A DNA stretch of 44,044 bases, from positions 1-44,044 of the forward strand of contig JAKLKB010000067.1 of the NCBI GenBank assembly GCA_023150835.1, read 5' to 3'. This stretch comes from Myxococcota bacterium (GTDB taxonomy: Bacteria; Myxococcota_C; UBA6777). The position numbers and the translations under genes are program-made. A model generated the notes under the pieces. It saw only the letters and a program-made list of their open reading frames with translations. It was not told the origin of the DNA and did not search any database. Of the stretch, positions 16,963 to 25,910 are shown piece by piece (position 1 is the first letter of the stretch; each line of letters begins with the position of its first letter).

Positions 16963-19900
16963 TCAAAAGTCATCTTCTGAAGAAAGAGCCGCATGATCTT
17001 GCTCGTATTCACCGATCTGATAGATCAGTTCGCGGTACAGGCGGATATCGATCTGCGTCAAAGATTGGATGGTACGAAGCGCAAGCAACTCTTCACTCCA
17101 GATGCGATGTTCTCGGATCACCCGTTCAAATCGCTTTTGTAAAGAAGCGTGTACATCTCCCGCAACATCGGCTTTTGCAAGCGATATCAACGGTTTTCGC
17201 AAGACGGAGCGCTGCGAAAGATACGCCTCCCACGCACGCTCCACATGCTTTGCGATGTCGCTGTTTTGGATGTGTTTGGCTTGCAAGAAGGCGTCGAAGG
17301 CTTGACGCTCGGCATCTTTTCCGCGTCGAAACAGCACACGAAGCTCGTGCATCCACCGAGACCATCGTGCGCGGATGCGTTGACGCGGCGAGGACTCCTG
17401 CGAAGACACGGCTCGATGCAGATGGCTATACAAGAACCGATACTGCTCGTGTAAGGTGCGCGCTTCGTGATAATCCACCAGATACGCCGACGTGAGCGCA
17501 CGCAAGACCTCTCGTGTACGCCCGCGCAAGGGCGGCGCGATCTGTTCAAGAAAAGCGGCGAGTTCTTCTTCATCCAACCAACCCATCTCTGCGAGCAGAT
17601 CGCGAAAGGCAAACAATCGGCTCTCTTGTGTTTGGCGCATCGTATAAAAAAAGCTGCGTTCCTCTTCAAAGGCCGCAATAAAATCCAGATCCGCCTCCAG
17701 CCCACGCCCTTCTAATCCCGAAGAAGATCGACTGGGTAGAAAAAGCCCGAGATATTCGGCATCCAACATCGAACGCAAGCGCATCGACTCGATGTATAGG
17801 GGCTTTCGCATACGGTTGAGTTTTCTTGCAGCAACATGAAAGCCCGCCCATCCGACGCGATGCTCTGCCTTGACCGTTGGAGGATGAAGGATATCGCGCA
17901 CCAAGCGAAACACACCTCGCGTCCCCCAAAACAGCCCCTTGAGCAACCACCACACCACCGCAAACGGCGACAAAAAGATCCGACCACTCGCGCCATAGCG
18001 TTGATACATTTGATACAAATTGAAGGTCCGCTGTTCTTTGCTCAGGCGATGGAAGGGATAAAAACCGAAGATCTCACGCACAAGGGCTTTTCGCTCGGCT
18101 TTCATCAAACGCATCACCTCTTCGCCAAAGATATCGGCGATGGCGCGGTCTCGATCGGGCTGTACCGAAAGAAAATGCAGCGCCGTAAACTCGTTATGCA
18201 AAAAGGGGCGTTGGCTTTTCTTTTGTTTTTCGCGCTCGGGTTCTTGCTCTGTCTCGAAGATCGTCCCTTCCAAAAGCGCGAAGCGACGGGCCTTCCAAGT
18301 CTCATAATCTTGGCGATGCGCCTCGCTGCACCACGCAAGTTCACGCAGCGGAACACAGCGTTGATTGAAGTCGACGATCAAGCCTGCGATGCGTTGGGCC
18401 ATGCTTTCTGTGATCGCTGCAAACCACAGATACGGACCAAGATACAACAGCCAACGATCCTTCGAAAGATCCAGCCGATCCACACGCAACTGCTCAAACA
18501 ACCCCAATCGCAATCGGTGGCGTCGAAGGTTTTGCATCAACAAGTTTCCAAGAAGCTGGTTGGTGGTCTTGATATCGCTGCGGTGAAGCGGGGTTCCTTC
18601 GAGGTAATCCTCATACAACAACAGCATCTGCTCGCGTTCCATCCATCGGGTGCTTTGGTGCGTCTCGATTGTACCGCTGCCGCTCGCCAACAACGGCGAA
18701 GCCCCACGTTGGGCATACGCCATCTGCTCGATCTCGTCCATCTGCCCCCAAAGCTCCTTGAGTTGGGCAGAAACAGTCGGCATGGCCCGATCCCGCAAGA
18801 CATCTTCGGGGTGCAAAACACGCCGAGAAAGCGTCAACAAGTCCTTGTCACGGCGTTGGCGCTTCATCTGCTTCAAACGACCGATGAATTGGGCTTCATA
18901 TACCTTGGTATGCAGATCCGTCTCACCCCCTGCCAGCATCCGAAACCAATAGCCCATCGCCAACGGGATCAAACTCAACAAGCCCAACACCACGATCGAG
19001 GCCCCCAAAAAGCGACCCAAAAACAATGCCAAGCCATGCAACGCTTGGATCTGAAAGCCTTGGAGCAACAACGACACCAGTAAAAACAGAAAACCAAACA
19101 TCAACAAGCGCGTGGTCGGTCGCATCGTTGCGTTGATCAGCGCCAGCCCTACACGATCGAGGATCTGCGGGCCTGTCACCATCCCAAACCAATCGCCTAT
19201 CCAATGAATCACCCCTTGTATCCGCTCAAGACGGCGACCGATCCGCTGAATCACCCAAGCCACCGCAGCCGCAGGATCCAGATCTTCAATCCCTGTTGCG
19301 ATCTTCCGCAATATCGGCAGATAACGCACCCCGGGCGCGCAAACATACCGAAGAATTCGGTAGGCGTTGCGCACAAACGATGCCCCCAAGTTCTCTTCGA
19401 CCCGCACAGCATCCATACTGGTCATCTCGCGGATCAACCGTTCGAACGTGATCTCTCCGCCGCTGTGTGGAGCGCCATAACGCCTTGCGCGGTTTGTACC
19501 GCCAAAACGCTCGATACACCGACGCGATGACTCAAGCCGCCCACGCAAAAAAGGTAGCCGCTCCCCCACCGCAACTTTCTCTAGCCACATCCGCATGCGT
19601 TTGCGAGCGCGATCACGCAGGATCTGGATATCCTGCCCCACTTCATGCAAAGCCCCTTGCACAGGCTGTTCTTCGTCGCGTGGAAACAACAGGATGTTTC
19701 GATTAAAGATCGGCTCAAACTTCCGAAGTAGCCGATCTATCGCACGCACCAAAAACGTCGCCAAACGAAAGATCCGAACCAACGGGCGCAAAAAACGGAT
19801 GTACCTCGCGATGCGTTGCGCCCGCAACAACCGCGCCGTCCGCATCGCAGAGAGATGAGCCACTTGCGCGTGCGGCTGGATCAACCAAAACGCAAAACCA

Positions 19901-21468
19901 AACGGCAGGGACGGCAAAAAGTCGATCACAAAATGACGACCAAAGTACAAACCTCGCCGCTTTGCAAAAGACAGCTTCGTAAAAAACTCTGTCAGAAACC
20001 ACCCACAGATCGCCGTATCCACCCACATCAGCGCAAGATGCCAACCCGGCGAGAGCTTGATCTGCCACTCCAACACCAACAAAAACAAGACCACAAAGAT
20101 CAACATCAACGTGATATTTTCTGCACGCGCCACAAATGGCCGTCCCAACGTCGTTTCCAAACGAAACTGCACGTGCCGCTCTTGCGCTTCGGCTCGAATC
20201 CTCCGCCACAGCCGCTCTGTTTGTTGCACCATGCGATCATAGCGCGTAGCCGGTCGGAATCGCTTTTCTTGCAAGGGCCGCAAGATCTCTAATAACCACG
20301 TCGCCCGTAGCTCCGAGATCTCCAAAACCTGCGAAGCCTCTGCCAAAGGGATATCATCGACTTCGGCAAGGCGCTCATCAAGGTGATCCAACACCAGTTG
20401 AAGCTGGTCAGGGAACCACACACGAAACACCGCTGTTTCGACCTCTGCGATCAATTGCCGCATCCTCTGGCGCAAACTGCCGATCCGCGCATCCACCGCC
20501 AGCACCCACGCACGAACATTTCCGGTCTCACCTTCTCGGCAGGACTGGCGCACCAAAGACAAACGCAACGACTCGCCTTCGAGCAAAGACCGCCAAACCC
20601 GCGATAGATCGCGCAACAAAGCTGTCCGCAACGCGATCTGCTCCGCATCGGCCTGTTCCGCTTCCAAGCCCAAGACCAACGCAGTTCCCCCGCCCTGTCC
20701 TTCGGCTGCTTGTTCGGACGCTTTTGTGGTGGCCTCTGGGTCGAAAGCTTTGATCTTCCCCGTATAGGCTTGTCTTTGGCGTTGGGCTTGTTCGCTGCTT
20801 TGTAAGTCTTTTTCGGATGCATCCAAAAACGTTTTTAGTTCAAAGGACAATAACTCTCCCCGTGTCAAAGCCGCCTCTTGACGCAAGGGCGCGACTTGTT
20901 GACGCAGACGCTCACGCACTTGGCCGGGGAGTTCTTGAGAGGATTGCCTCAAAGCATCCGACGCTTGAACGCCCGCATCCAAGCGCCCTTCCACCTCTTC
21001 TGTCGAAAGCGCAACCGTCAGCCGCTCGATCTCGTATTCCACCCACGTCAGATCCGCCACCCCTTCGGCCAACCACGCACTCTCCAAACCACCCGCCCCC
21101 TCAAGCCACCACTGCAACGCGCTCAACTCGCTTTGCACTTCGGCCATCTCATGCAACGCATCCACCCGCTCTTTGACGACATCCCCGATCAGCCCGTCAA
21201 AACGCTTCCGCACTTCGTCAAACACCAACGCCGCATAAGCCCGACGATCCTCCCGCCGTTCCGCCATTCCAAACATCGCATATCCGCGCAAGGCTTCTTG
21301 CAGACGACTTTGCAATACGTCCCATTCACCGCCCTCACCTGTCACACGCGGCTGCACCAAAAACAACGCCCGCGACAAACGCCAGTACACCGCAACGTCC
21401 TCGCCTTGATCCACCCCTCCCAAGGCTGCTTCGATCTCTTCTCGCCATGTCTGATCATCCCAAGCCAT
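16963..21468 (-). CDS. Giant (~1500 aa) membrane protein with voltage-sensor (Ion_trans S1-S4) domain
   Basis: S1 ENITLMLIFVVLFLLVLE, S2 VDTAICGWFLTEFFTKL, S3 FVIDFLPSLPF, S4 RTARLLRAQRIARYIRFLRPLVRIFR. Likely start ATG 21468 after AAGGTGG; ORF is open to 21603. Confidence 0.85.
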   Translation of the reverse strand: MAWDDQTWREEIEAALGGVDQGEDVAVYWRLSRALFLVQPRVTGEGGEWDVLQSRLQEALRGYAMFGMAERREDRRAYAALVFDEVRKRFDGLIGDVVKERVDALHEMAEVQSELSALQWWLEGAGGLESAWLAEGVADLTWVEYEIERLTVALSTEEVEGRLDAGVQASDALRQSSQELPGQVRERLRQQVAPLRQEAALTRGELLSFELKTFLDASEKDLQSSEQAQRQRQAYTGKIKAFDPEATTKASEQAAEGQGGGTALVLGLEAEQADAEQIALRTALLRDLSRVWRSLLEGESLRLSLVRQSCREGETGNVRAWVLAVDARIGSLRQRMRQLIAEVETAVFRVWFPDQLQLVLDHLDERLAEVDDIPLAEASQVLEISELRATWLLEILRPLQEKRFRPATRYDRMVQQTERLWRRIRAEAQERHVQFRLETTLGRPFVARAENITLMLIFVVLFLLVLEWQIKLSPGWHLALMWVDTAICGWFLTEFFTKLSFAKRRGLYFGRHFVIDFLPSLPFGFAFWLIQPHAQVAHLSAMRTARLLRAQRIARYIRFLRPLVRIFRLATFLVRAIDRLLRKFEPIFNRNILLFPRDEEQPVQGALHEVGQDIQILRDRARKRMRMWLEKVAVGERLPFLRGRLESSRRCIERFGGTNRARRYGAPHSGGEITFERLIREMTSMDAVRVEENLGASFVRNAYRILRYVCAPGVRYLPILRKIATGIEDLDPAAAVAWVIQRIGRRLERIQGVIHWIGDWFGMVTGPQILDRVGLALINATMRPTTRLLMFGFLFLLVSLLLQGFQIQALHGLALFLGRFLGASIVVLGLLSLIPLAMGYWFRMLAGGETDLHTKVYEAQFIGRLKQMKRQRRDKDLLTLSRRVLHPEDVLRDRAMPTVSAQLKELWGQMDEIEQMAYAQRGASPLLASGSGTIETHQSTRWMEREQMLLLYEDYLEGTPLHRSDIKTTNQLLGNLLMQNLRRHRLRLGLFEQLRVDRLDLSKDRWLLYLGPYLWFAAITESMAQRIAGLIVDFNQRCVPLRELAWCSEAHRQDYETWKARRFALLEGTIFETEQEPEREKQKKSQRPFLHNEFTALHFLSVQPDRDRAIADIFGEEVMRLMKAERKALVREIFGFYPFHRLSKEQRTFNLYQMYQRYGASGRIFLSPFAVVWWLLKGLFWGTRGVFRLVRDILHPPTVKAEHRVGWAGFHVAARKLNRMRKPLYIESMRLRSMLDAEYLGLFLPSRSSSGLEGRGLEADLDFIAAFEEERSFFYTMRQTQESRLFAFRDLLAEMGWLDEEELAAFLEQIAPPLRGRTREVLRALTSAYLVDYHEARTLHEQYRFLYSHLHRAVSSQESSPRQRIRARWSRWMHELRVLFRRGKDAERQAFDAFLQAKHIQNSDIAKHVERAWEAYLSQRSVLRKPLISLAKADVAGDVHASLQKRFERVIREHRIWSEELLALRTIQSLTQIDIRLYRELIYQIGEYEQDHAALSSEDDF

Positions 21469-21608
21469 CCGCACCACCTTTGCAATACAAGCCTTTTTGA
21501 GTACCTTCCCACACGCCACGTCATCCAAAACGACGCAACCACTTTGTTCGCTTCTCTTCTTTTGGGCGTATATTGCGCGCCCTACGCAAGCCAAAAAGGC
21601 CAAACACC

Positions 21609-22898
21609 ATGATCTCGCCGCGCAACTCCACCAACGCTTTGCTCACTTTGATCGCCCTTCTTTTGACTGGTGTGATCCTCAAACTCACCCAAGCTGTCTT
21701 GGTTCCTTTCGTTCTGGCGTGTTTCCTCACCGCAGCCCTTTATCCGCTGATCCGTTGGATGAATCGCTACATCCCTTCTTGGCTTTCACTGCTCTTGTTG
21801 CTCGGTCTCTTCGGCTTTCTGATCCTCTCCGACGCGCTGATCTTCCTCTTCAATCTCGAAGAGATTACCCAAAAAGCGCCCCAATACAACCAACGCATCC
21901 AACAACTCTTTCACGATCTAACAAAGTTCGGCGAACAATACGGCATCCAAGCACCTTGGAAAAAAATTAGCCCCGAACAAGCCGTCCGTTGGCTTCTTTC
22001 GATCCTTGGCGCTTGGATATCTTCGCTTTTTCTGATCCTTGGACAAGCACTCTTGGTTGTGTTCTTTATGATCTTTCTTCTCGTCGAAAGCCAGCAGTTC
22101 GAACGCAAGATCCGCGTCGCCTTCACCACCGATGAAAGCCAAGCCTTGCTCGCTTCGGTCTACTCCATCAACGAAAAGATCCAACGCTACATGGTCACCA
22201 AGACTTTTATCAGCCTTCTGACGGGCTTGATGACCAGTCTCGCAACCTTCCTGCTCGGCGTCGACTTCCCTGTCTTGTGGGGCATTATCGCCTTCTTGCT
22301 CAACTATATCCCCAACATCGGCTCGATCGTCGCGGTGATCCCGCCCGTCTTGATCGCCCTCCTTCAAAAAGAGCAAGGATTCGCCCTCGCTCTCGCGACC
22401 CTCGCGATCCTCACCACGATCCAAATGGTCGTCGGAAATCTTCTCGATCCCCATCTGACAGGCGATTCGCTCGATATCTCACCGCTCATCGTCTTTCTCT
22501 CGCTGGTCTTTTGGGGCTGGTTATGGGGCATCATCGGCATGATCCTCGCCGTCCCCCTCACCGTCGTGATCAAAGTTTTTTGCGAACACACACCCACACT
22601 CCGCCCCTTCGCCATCTTGATCGGTGGAGAACCTCGAACCACACTACCCCCCTCTTCGACACCTTCCGAAAAGCCCTCCTCTTCGACACCTTCCGAAAAG
22701 CCCTCCTCTTCGACACCTTCCGAAAAGCCCTCCTCTTCGACACCTTCCGAAAAGCCCCCCTCTTCGACACCTTCCGAAAATCCGAACGTTCTCCTCCCAA
22801 CAAAAAGCAGCTCTCCCGCCCGCCCCCCCGCACAAGTGACCTCGCAAATCCACCCCTCACAGGCTTCAAAGCTTCCAAAGAAAAAAAAGAAACGCTAA
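21609..22898 (+). CDS. AI-2E family transporter (TqsA/PerM-like) with repetitive C-terminal tail
   Basis: Multiple TM helices; LVPFVLA, FLLNYIPNIGS, LSLVFWGWLWGIIGMILAVPLT. Confidence 0.93.
   Translation: MISPRNSTNALLTLIALLLTGVILKLTQAVLVPFVLACFLTAALYPLIRWMNRYIPSWLSLLLLLGLFGFLILSDALIFLFNLEEITQKAPQYNQRIQQLFHDLTKFGEQYGIQAPWKKISPEQAVRWLLSILGAWISSLFLILGQALLVVFFMIFLLVESQQFERKIRVAFTTDESQALLASVYSINEKIQRYMVTKTFISLLTGLMTSLATFLLGVDFPVLWGIIAFLLNYIPNIGSIVAVIPPVLIALLQKEQGFALALATLAILTTIQMVVGNLLDPHLTGDSLDISPLIVFLSLVFWGWLWGIIGMILAVPLTVVIKVFCEHTPTLRPFAILIGGEPRTTLPPSSTPSEKPSSSTPSEKPSSSTPSEKPSSSTPSEKPPSSTPSENPNVLLPTKSSSPARPPAQVTSQIHPSQASKLPKKKKKR
22647..22781 (+). repeat. In-frame 27-bp tandem repeat x5 (P[S/P]SSTPSEK)
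   Basis: CCC(T/C)CCTCTTCGACACCTTCCGAAAA(G/T), five copies. Confidence 0.95.
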
Positions 22899-22913
22899 CA
22901 CGAATAGGACTTA

Positions 22914-23024
22914 TACGATATCCGGAAGAAGCGTACACAAAGCATCATTCGGATACGCCCGATTATCGGGCAGCCACAGGGGGCTGCCCCTACATTTACG
23001 ATCACACTATGGGCGGATTTCGTA
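22914..23024. mobile_element. MITE-A copy (111 bp)
   Basis: TTA-TACGATATCCG...GGGCAGCCACAGGGGGCTGCCCCTAC...CGGATTTCGTA-TTA. Confidence 0.88.
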
Positions 23025-23027
23025 TTA

Positions 23028-23141
23028 TACGATCTCCGAGTGATGCACACAGCAAAGGAGAATACGTAGACGCCCGATTATTGGGCAGCCCCCTGTGGCT
23101 GCCCCTACATTTTTACGATCACACAACGGGCGGATCTCGTA
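23028..23141. mobile_element. MITE-A copy (114 bp)
   Basis: TTA-TACGATCTCCG...GGGCAGCCCCCTGTGGCTGCCCCTAC...CGGATCTCGTA-TTA. Confidence 0.88.
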
Positions 23142-23144
23142 TTA

Positions 23145-23559
23145 GAGGGTGTTTGCGAAAAAGTGAAAAGTGTTTACATTCCCTTGAGATGAAGCAGAAT
23201 GAGCGAATAAAACGGAGGGAATGATGAGCAAGCAGGAAGCGAAAGAACAAGTGGTGGCGGCTTATGATGGAGGAGAGAGAGATGACGTGCGGCTTGCTAA
23301 CCAATTCGGCGTGTCGGAGAGTTCCGTGCGTCTTTGGTTGCGCTTAGCCCACCGAGGGGTTCGATCGACGGACTCCAATCGAGGTTCTTCGGTGGAGATG
23401 GATCGTCGAGCGTACATTCGCTTGGCTCGGACGTTCGCGCCGGTTGAGCAAGGAATATGAATACCTTGAAAGCTCATCCAAAACTTGGATCTTGCTCGCC
23501 ATGACTCAACTTATGCTAAAGAGATCGTCAACATGATCCACTTTTTCGCAAACACCCTC
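23145..23559 (+). mobile_element. Internally deleted IS5-family (IS1031-like) element, 415 bp
   Basis: Perfect 21-bp TIRs GAGGGTGTTTGCGAAAAAGTG / CACTTTTTCGCAAACACCCTC, with TTA on both flanks. Confidence 0.92.
23221..23536 (+). pseudogene. Transposase remnant: N-terminal HTH joined out of frame to an IS5 C-terminus
   Basis: One frame reads LANQFGVSESSVRLWLR (HTH). A second frame from ~23378 reads [29 protein letters not shown]...[10 protein letters not shown]. Most of the DDE core is missing. Confidence 0.88.
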
Positions 23560-23725
23560 TTACGTAGTTCGAACATTTTTGTGGGGTTGGAACCCCACGC
23601 CCCGCTTCCTTAGCGCGGCTCCCTTGACCCCGTGTTTGGCGAAAAGATCACTGCTTTCCAAACCAACAACACTCTCGCTTGAACGGGTGCGAACACGGTT
23701 TTTTTGGTCAACTGCTTAAGTCCTA

Positions 23726-23923
23726 TACGAAATCCGCCCATCATGTGCGCCCAAATGTAGGGGCAGCCCCCTGTGGCTGCCCAACCACAGGGTGTCTACA
23801 GCGGATCGCACACAACACATCACACGCCCCGACCCTTATGGTTGGGAAGATGGCTGCCCAACCATAAGGGTGTCTACAGCGGATCGCACCTACCCCTCGT
23901 GTACACTTCTTTCGGATATCGTG
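23726..23923. mobile_element. MITE-A copy with internal duplication
   Basis: TACGAAATCCG...GTAGGGGCAGCCCCCTGTGGCTGCCC...CGGATATCGTG. The segment GGCTGCCCAACCA..GGGTGTCTACAGCGGATCGCAC occurs twice. Confidence 0.8.
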
Positions 23924-23975
23924 CGAGGCGTGGGGTGGAACCCCAAAAACTCCCTTGATGACGCAAGTCCCGCCT

Positions 23976-24359
23976 TCAATTCATGGTTGACGGATCGAAC
24001 AGCATAAACTCCCCGATATCGGCATCAAAAGAGCGGCCTTCGTCGTCGATCATCTCATACGTCCCTTGCATCGAGCCTGTGGGGGTGGAGAGAGGGCAAT
24101 AGCTCGTATAGCGGAAGGCCTCACCGGGCAACAATCGCGGTTGTTCGCCGACCACGCCCGGGCCTTTGACTTCTTGGACCTGCCCCCAACCATCTGTGAT
24201 GATCCAGTGGCGGTTGAGCAATTTGGCAGGTTTTTTGCCGACGTTGGAGATCGTGATGGTGTAAGCAAAAAGCCATTGGCTGCGATCTTGTTCGGATTGT
24301 TCGGGCAAAAACTTGACTTCGACTTGAACACGAATGCCTTGGGTTGTTGTATCGGACAT
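23976..24359 (-). CDS. apaG: ApaG protein
   Basis: FAYTITISN, LLNRHWIITD, GPGVVGEQP, CPLSTPTGSMQGTY. Confidence 0.97.
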   Translation of the reverse strand: MSDTTTQGIRVQVEVKFLPEQSEQDRSQWLFAYTITISNVGKKPAKLLNRHWIITDGWGQVQEVKGPGVVGEQPRLLPGEAFRYTSYCPLSTPTGSMQGTYEMIDDEGRSFDADIGEFMLFDPSTMN

Positions 24360-24549
24360 CTCCAGCCTTTCCGTTGGATGAGAAAAAAATCACGGGCAAT
24401 TACGGATCTCCAAGATCCATGCGCGTAAGCGTTTTGTTGCTTCTTTGTGTTCCAACGAAGCTTCGATCAGACATCTTTCGAATATCGTATCAGCCCCTTC
24501 AAAAGGATGCAAAACAACCGAAGATGTCGCGAAAGAAAAAAGGATCGAG

Positions 24550-24695
24550 ATTGCGCGGTGGGATAGGTTTTGTGGGGTGTCACCCCAGACCCCACAGGGG
24601 ACGTTCGCCCCTTGACCCCGTATTGGCGGGACGTTCCAACGTTTTTCAAACCAACGACTGCGCCGCTTGGTAAGTTGAGAACACGGCTTTTTTTA
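24550..24695 (+). mobile_element. Degenerate MITE-B family element, long variant
   Basis: GTGGGGTGTCACCCCAGACCCCACAGGGGACGTTCGCCCCTTGACCCCGTATTGGCG...CAAACCAAC...GAACACGGCTTTTTT. Confidence 0.7.
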
Positions 24696-24781
24696 GAGAA
24701 CGACCTGATTCTGGTAGGGCTTGCGGATTTGCTAATTAGATGGGGCGCGGCCCTTGCTTGTTGAGCGCGGCCCCCGCGCCC

Positions 24782-25681
24782 TCAAAAAGAGGTGTTGGAC
24801 TCGCTTGCAGCGCGGATCTGCAAGGTGGGGGCATACCAAAGGCGGCGCAAAGCCAGCGCCAACATCCCCAGCGAAACGACCATCCACACGCCCGACCACA
24901 ACGCCGCAGGGCCAAACAGCGCATCGGAAACAGCCGAAGCATCGGACTTTGCAGGCAGACCGTTAACGACTTGATGTGTTGAAAACAAAACGCGTAAACT
25001 GGTCAGAGAATTGAGCGCACAAGCCGCCGACAAAAAGCTAAAAAACCAGCGCGTCACGCGCATCGATCCCCGCCACGCCAAAGCCAAACAAGCCGCTGCC
25101 CACCCAAGCAACACCGCGAAAGTAAAGGGATCGCGCCCAAACAGCGCCGAGATCAATAACAATCCCCCAAAAGCCCCCAACCCGACGCGCCCCGTGTCTT
25201 CCTCCGTCGTGCCGAGGCTCATCACCAAAAACACCCCAACCAACGCCACATACAACAACCCCCCCGCCCATCCGCGTACCATCAAAAGACCCACACCACC
25301 GAAAGCAACGGCCACCACCAGCCCCAACAAACGGCTTGCTTTGGTCGGGCGTTGCAAAAACAACATCATCATGCCCAAAAAGGCCGTACCCACATACCCT
25401 GCGCTTGCCACCACCACTCTCGAAAAACGCGAATCCGCGATCGCTGTAAGCGCACGCCCCGAAGTATCCGTAAATATCTCCAACTGATCAAACCGCCCCC
25501 CCACCGCCAACGCAGCAAGACCATGACAAAGCTCGTGAACCCACGTCGAAAACAACTCAAACGGATACAACGCATAACGCACGATCGGCAGGTTGGCAAT
25601 CAGCAACCAGACCACAAGCGCGCCGATCAATGCTCGATTTTCATACAAACCGCTCTTTTTCTCTGTAAGATTCGTCGTCAT
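24782..25681 (-). CDS. M50 family (M50B-like) membrane metallopeptidase
   Basis: TWVHELCHG (HExxH), AGY, late SDA motif, many TM helices. ATG at 25681 follows GGAGG. Confidence 0.88.
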   Translation of the reverse strand: MTTNLTEKKSGLYENRALIGALVVWLLIANLPIVRYALYPFELFSTWVHELCHGLAALAVGGRFDQLEIFTDTSGRALTAIADSRFSRVVVASAGYVGTAFLGMMMLFLQRPTKASRLLGLVVAVAFGGVGLLMVRGWAGGLLYVALVGVFLVMSLGTTEEDTGRVGLGAFGGLLLISALFGRDPFTFAVLLGWAAACLALAWRGSMRVTRWFFSFLSAACALNSLTSLRVLFSTHQVVNGLPAKSDASAVSDALFGPAALWSGVWMVVSLGMLALALRRLWYAPTLQIRAASESNTSF

Positions 25682-25910
25682 CGCGCCTCCTTGGGAATCG
25701 ATCAAGCCCATGTCTGCTCCGCTTTGGAAGCGGCCTCAAAAGCACCGCTTTGCTTTTTTCCTGTGCTCGCCCAAGATGGTACGCTGCGATGAATAGGACA
25801 AGTCCACCCTGCCCCAAACCCCCCCCCTCCTCTTTCGTTGTAGGCAACGATACAAACGACACCGTTCGCAAAAAACCGTAATACCAACCACCGTGCCTGT
25901 TTTATCGGGC

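Larger units (their letters stand above)
22904..23726. mobile_element. Outer MITE-B element whose left TIR is split by three stacked insertions
   Basis: ATAGGAC-TTA (22904-22913) ... TTA-CGTAGTTC (23560-) ... right TIR CAACTGCTTAAGTCCTAT (23709-23726). Confidence 0.8.

Noticed and set aside
16963-21468. Calling this gene a potassium or sodium channel
   Set aside because: No selectivity-filter motif or S5-P-S6 directly after S4 was found.
22277-23224. 315-aa ORF spanning the VNTR and MITE stack; likewise ORFs 13-333 and 54-548
   Set aside because: Alternative-frame read-through of repeats, with no protein-like features.
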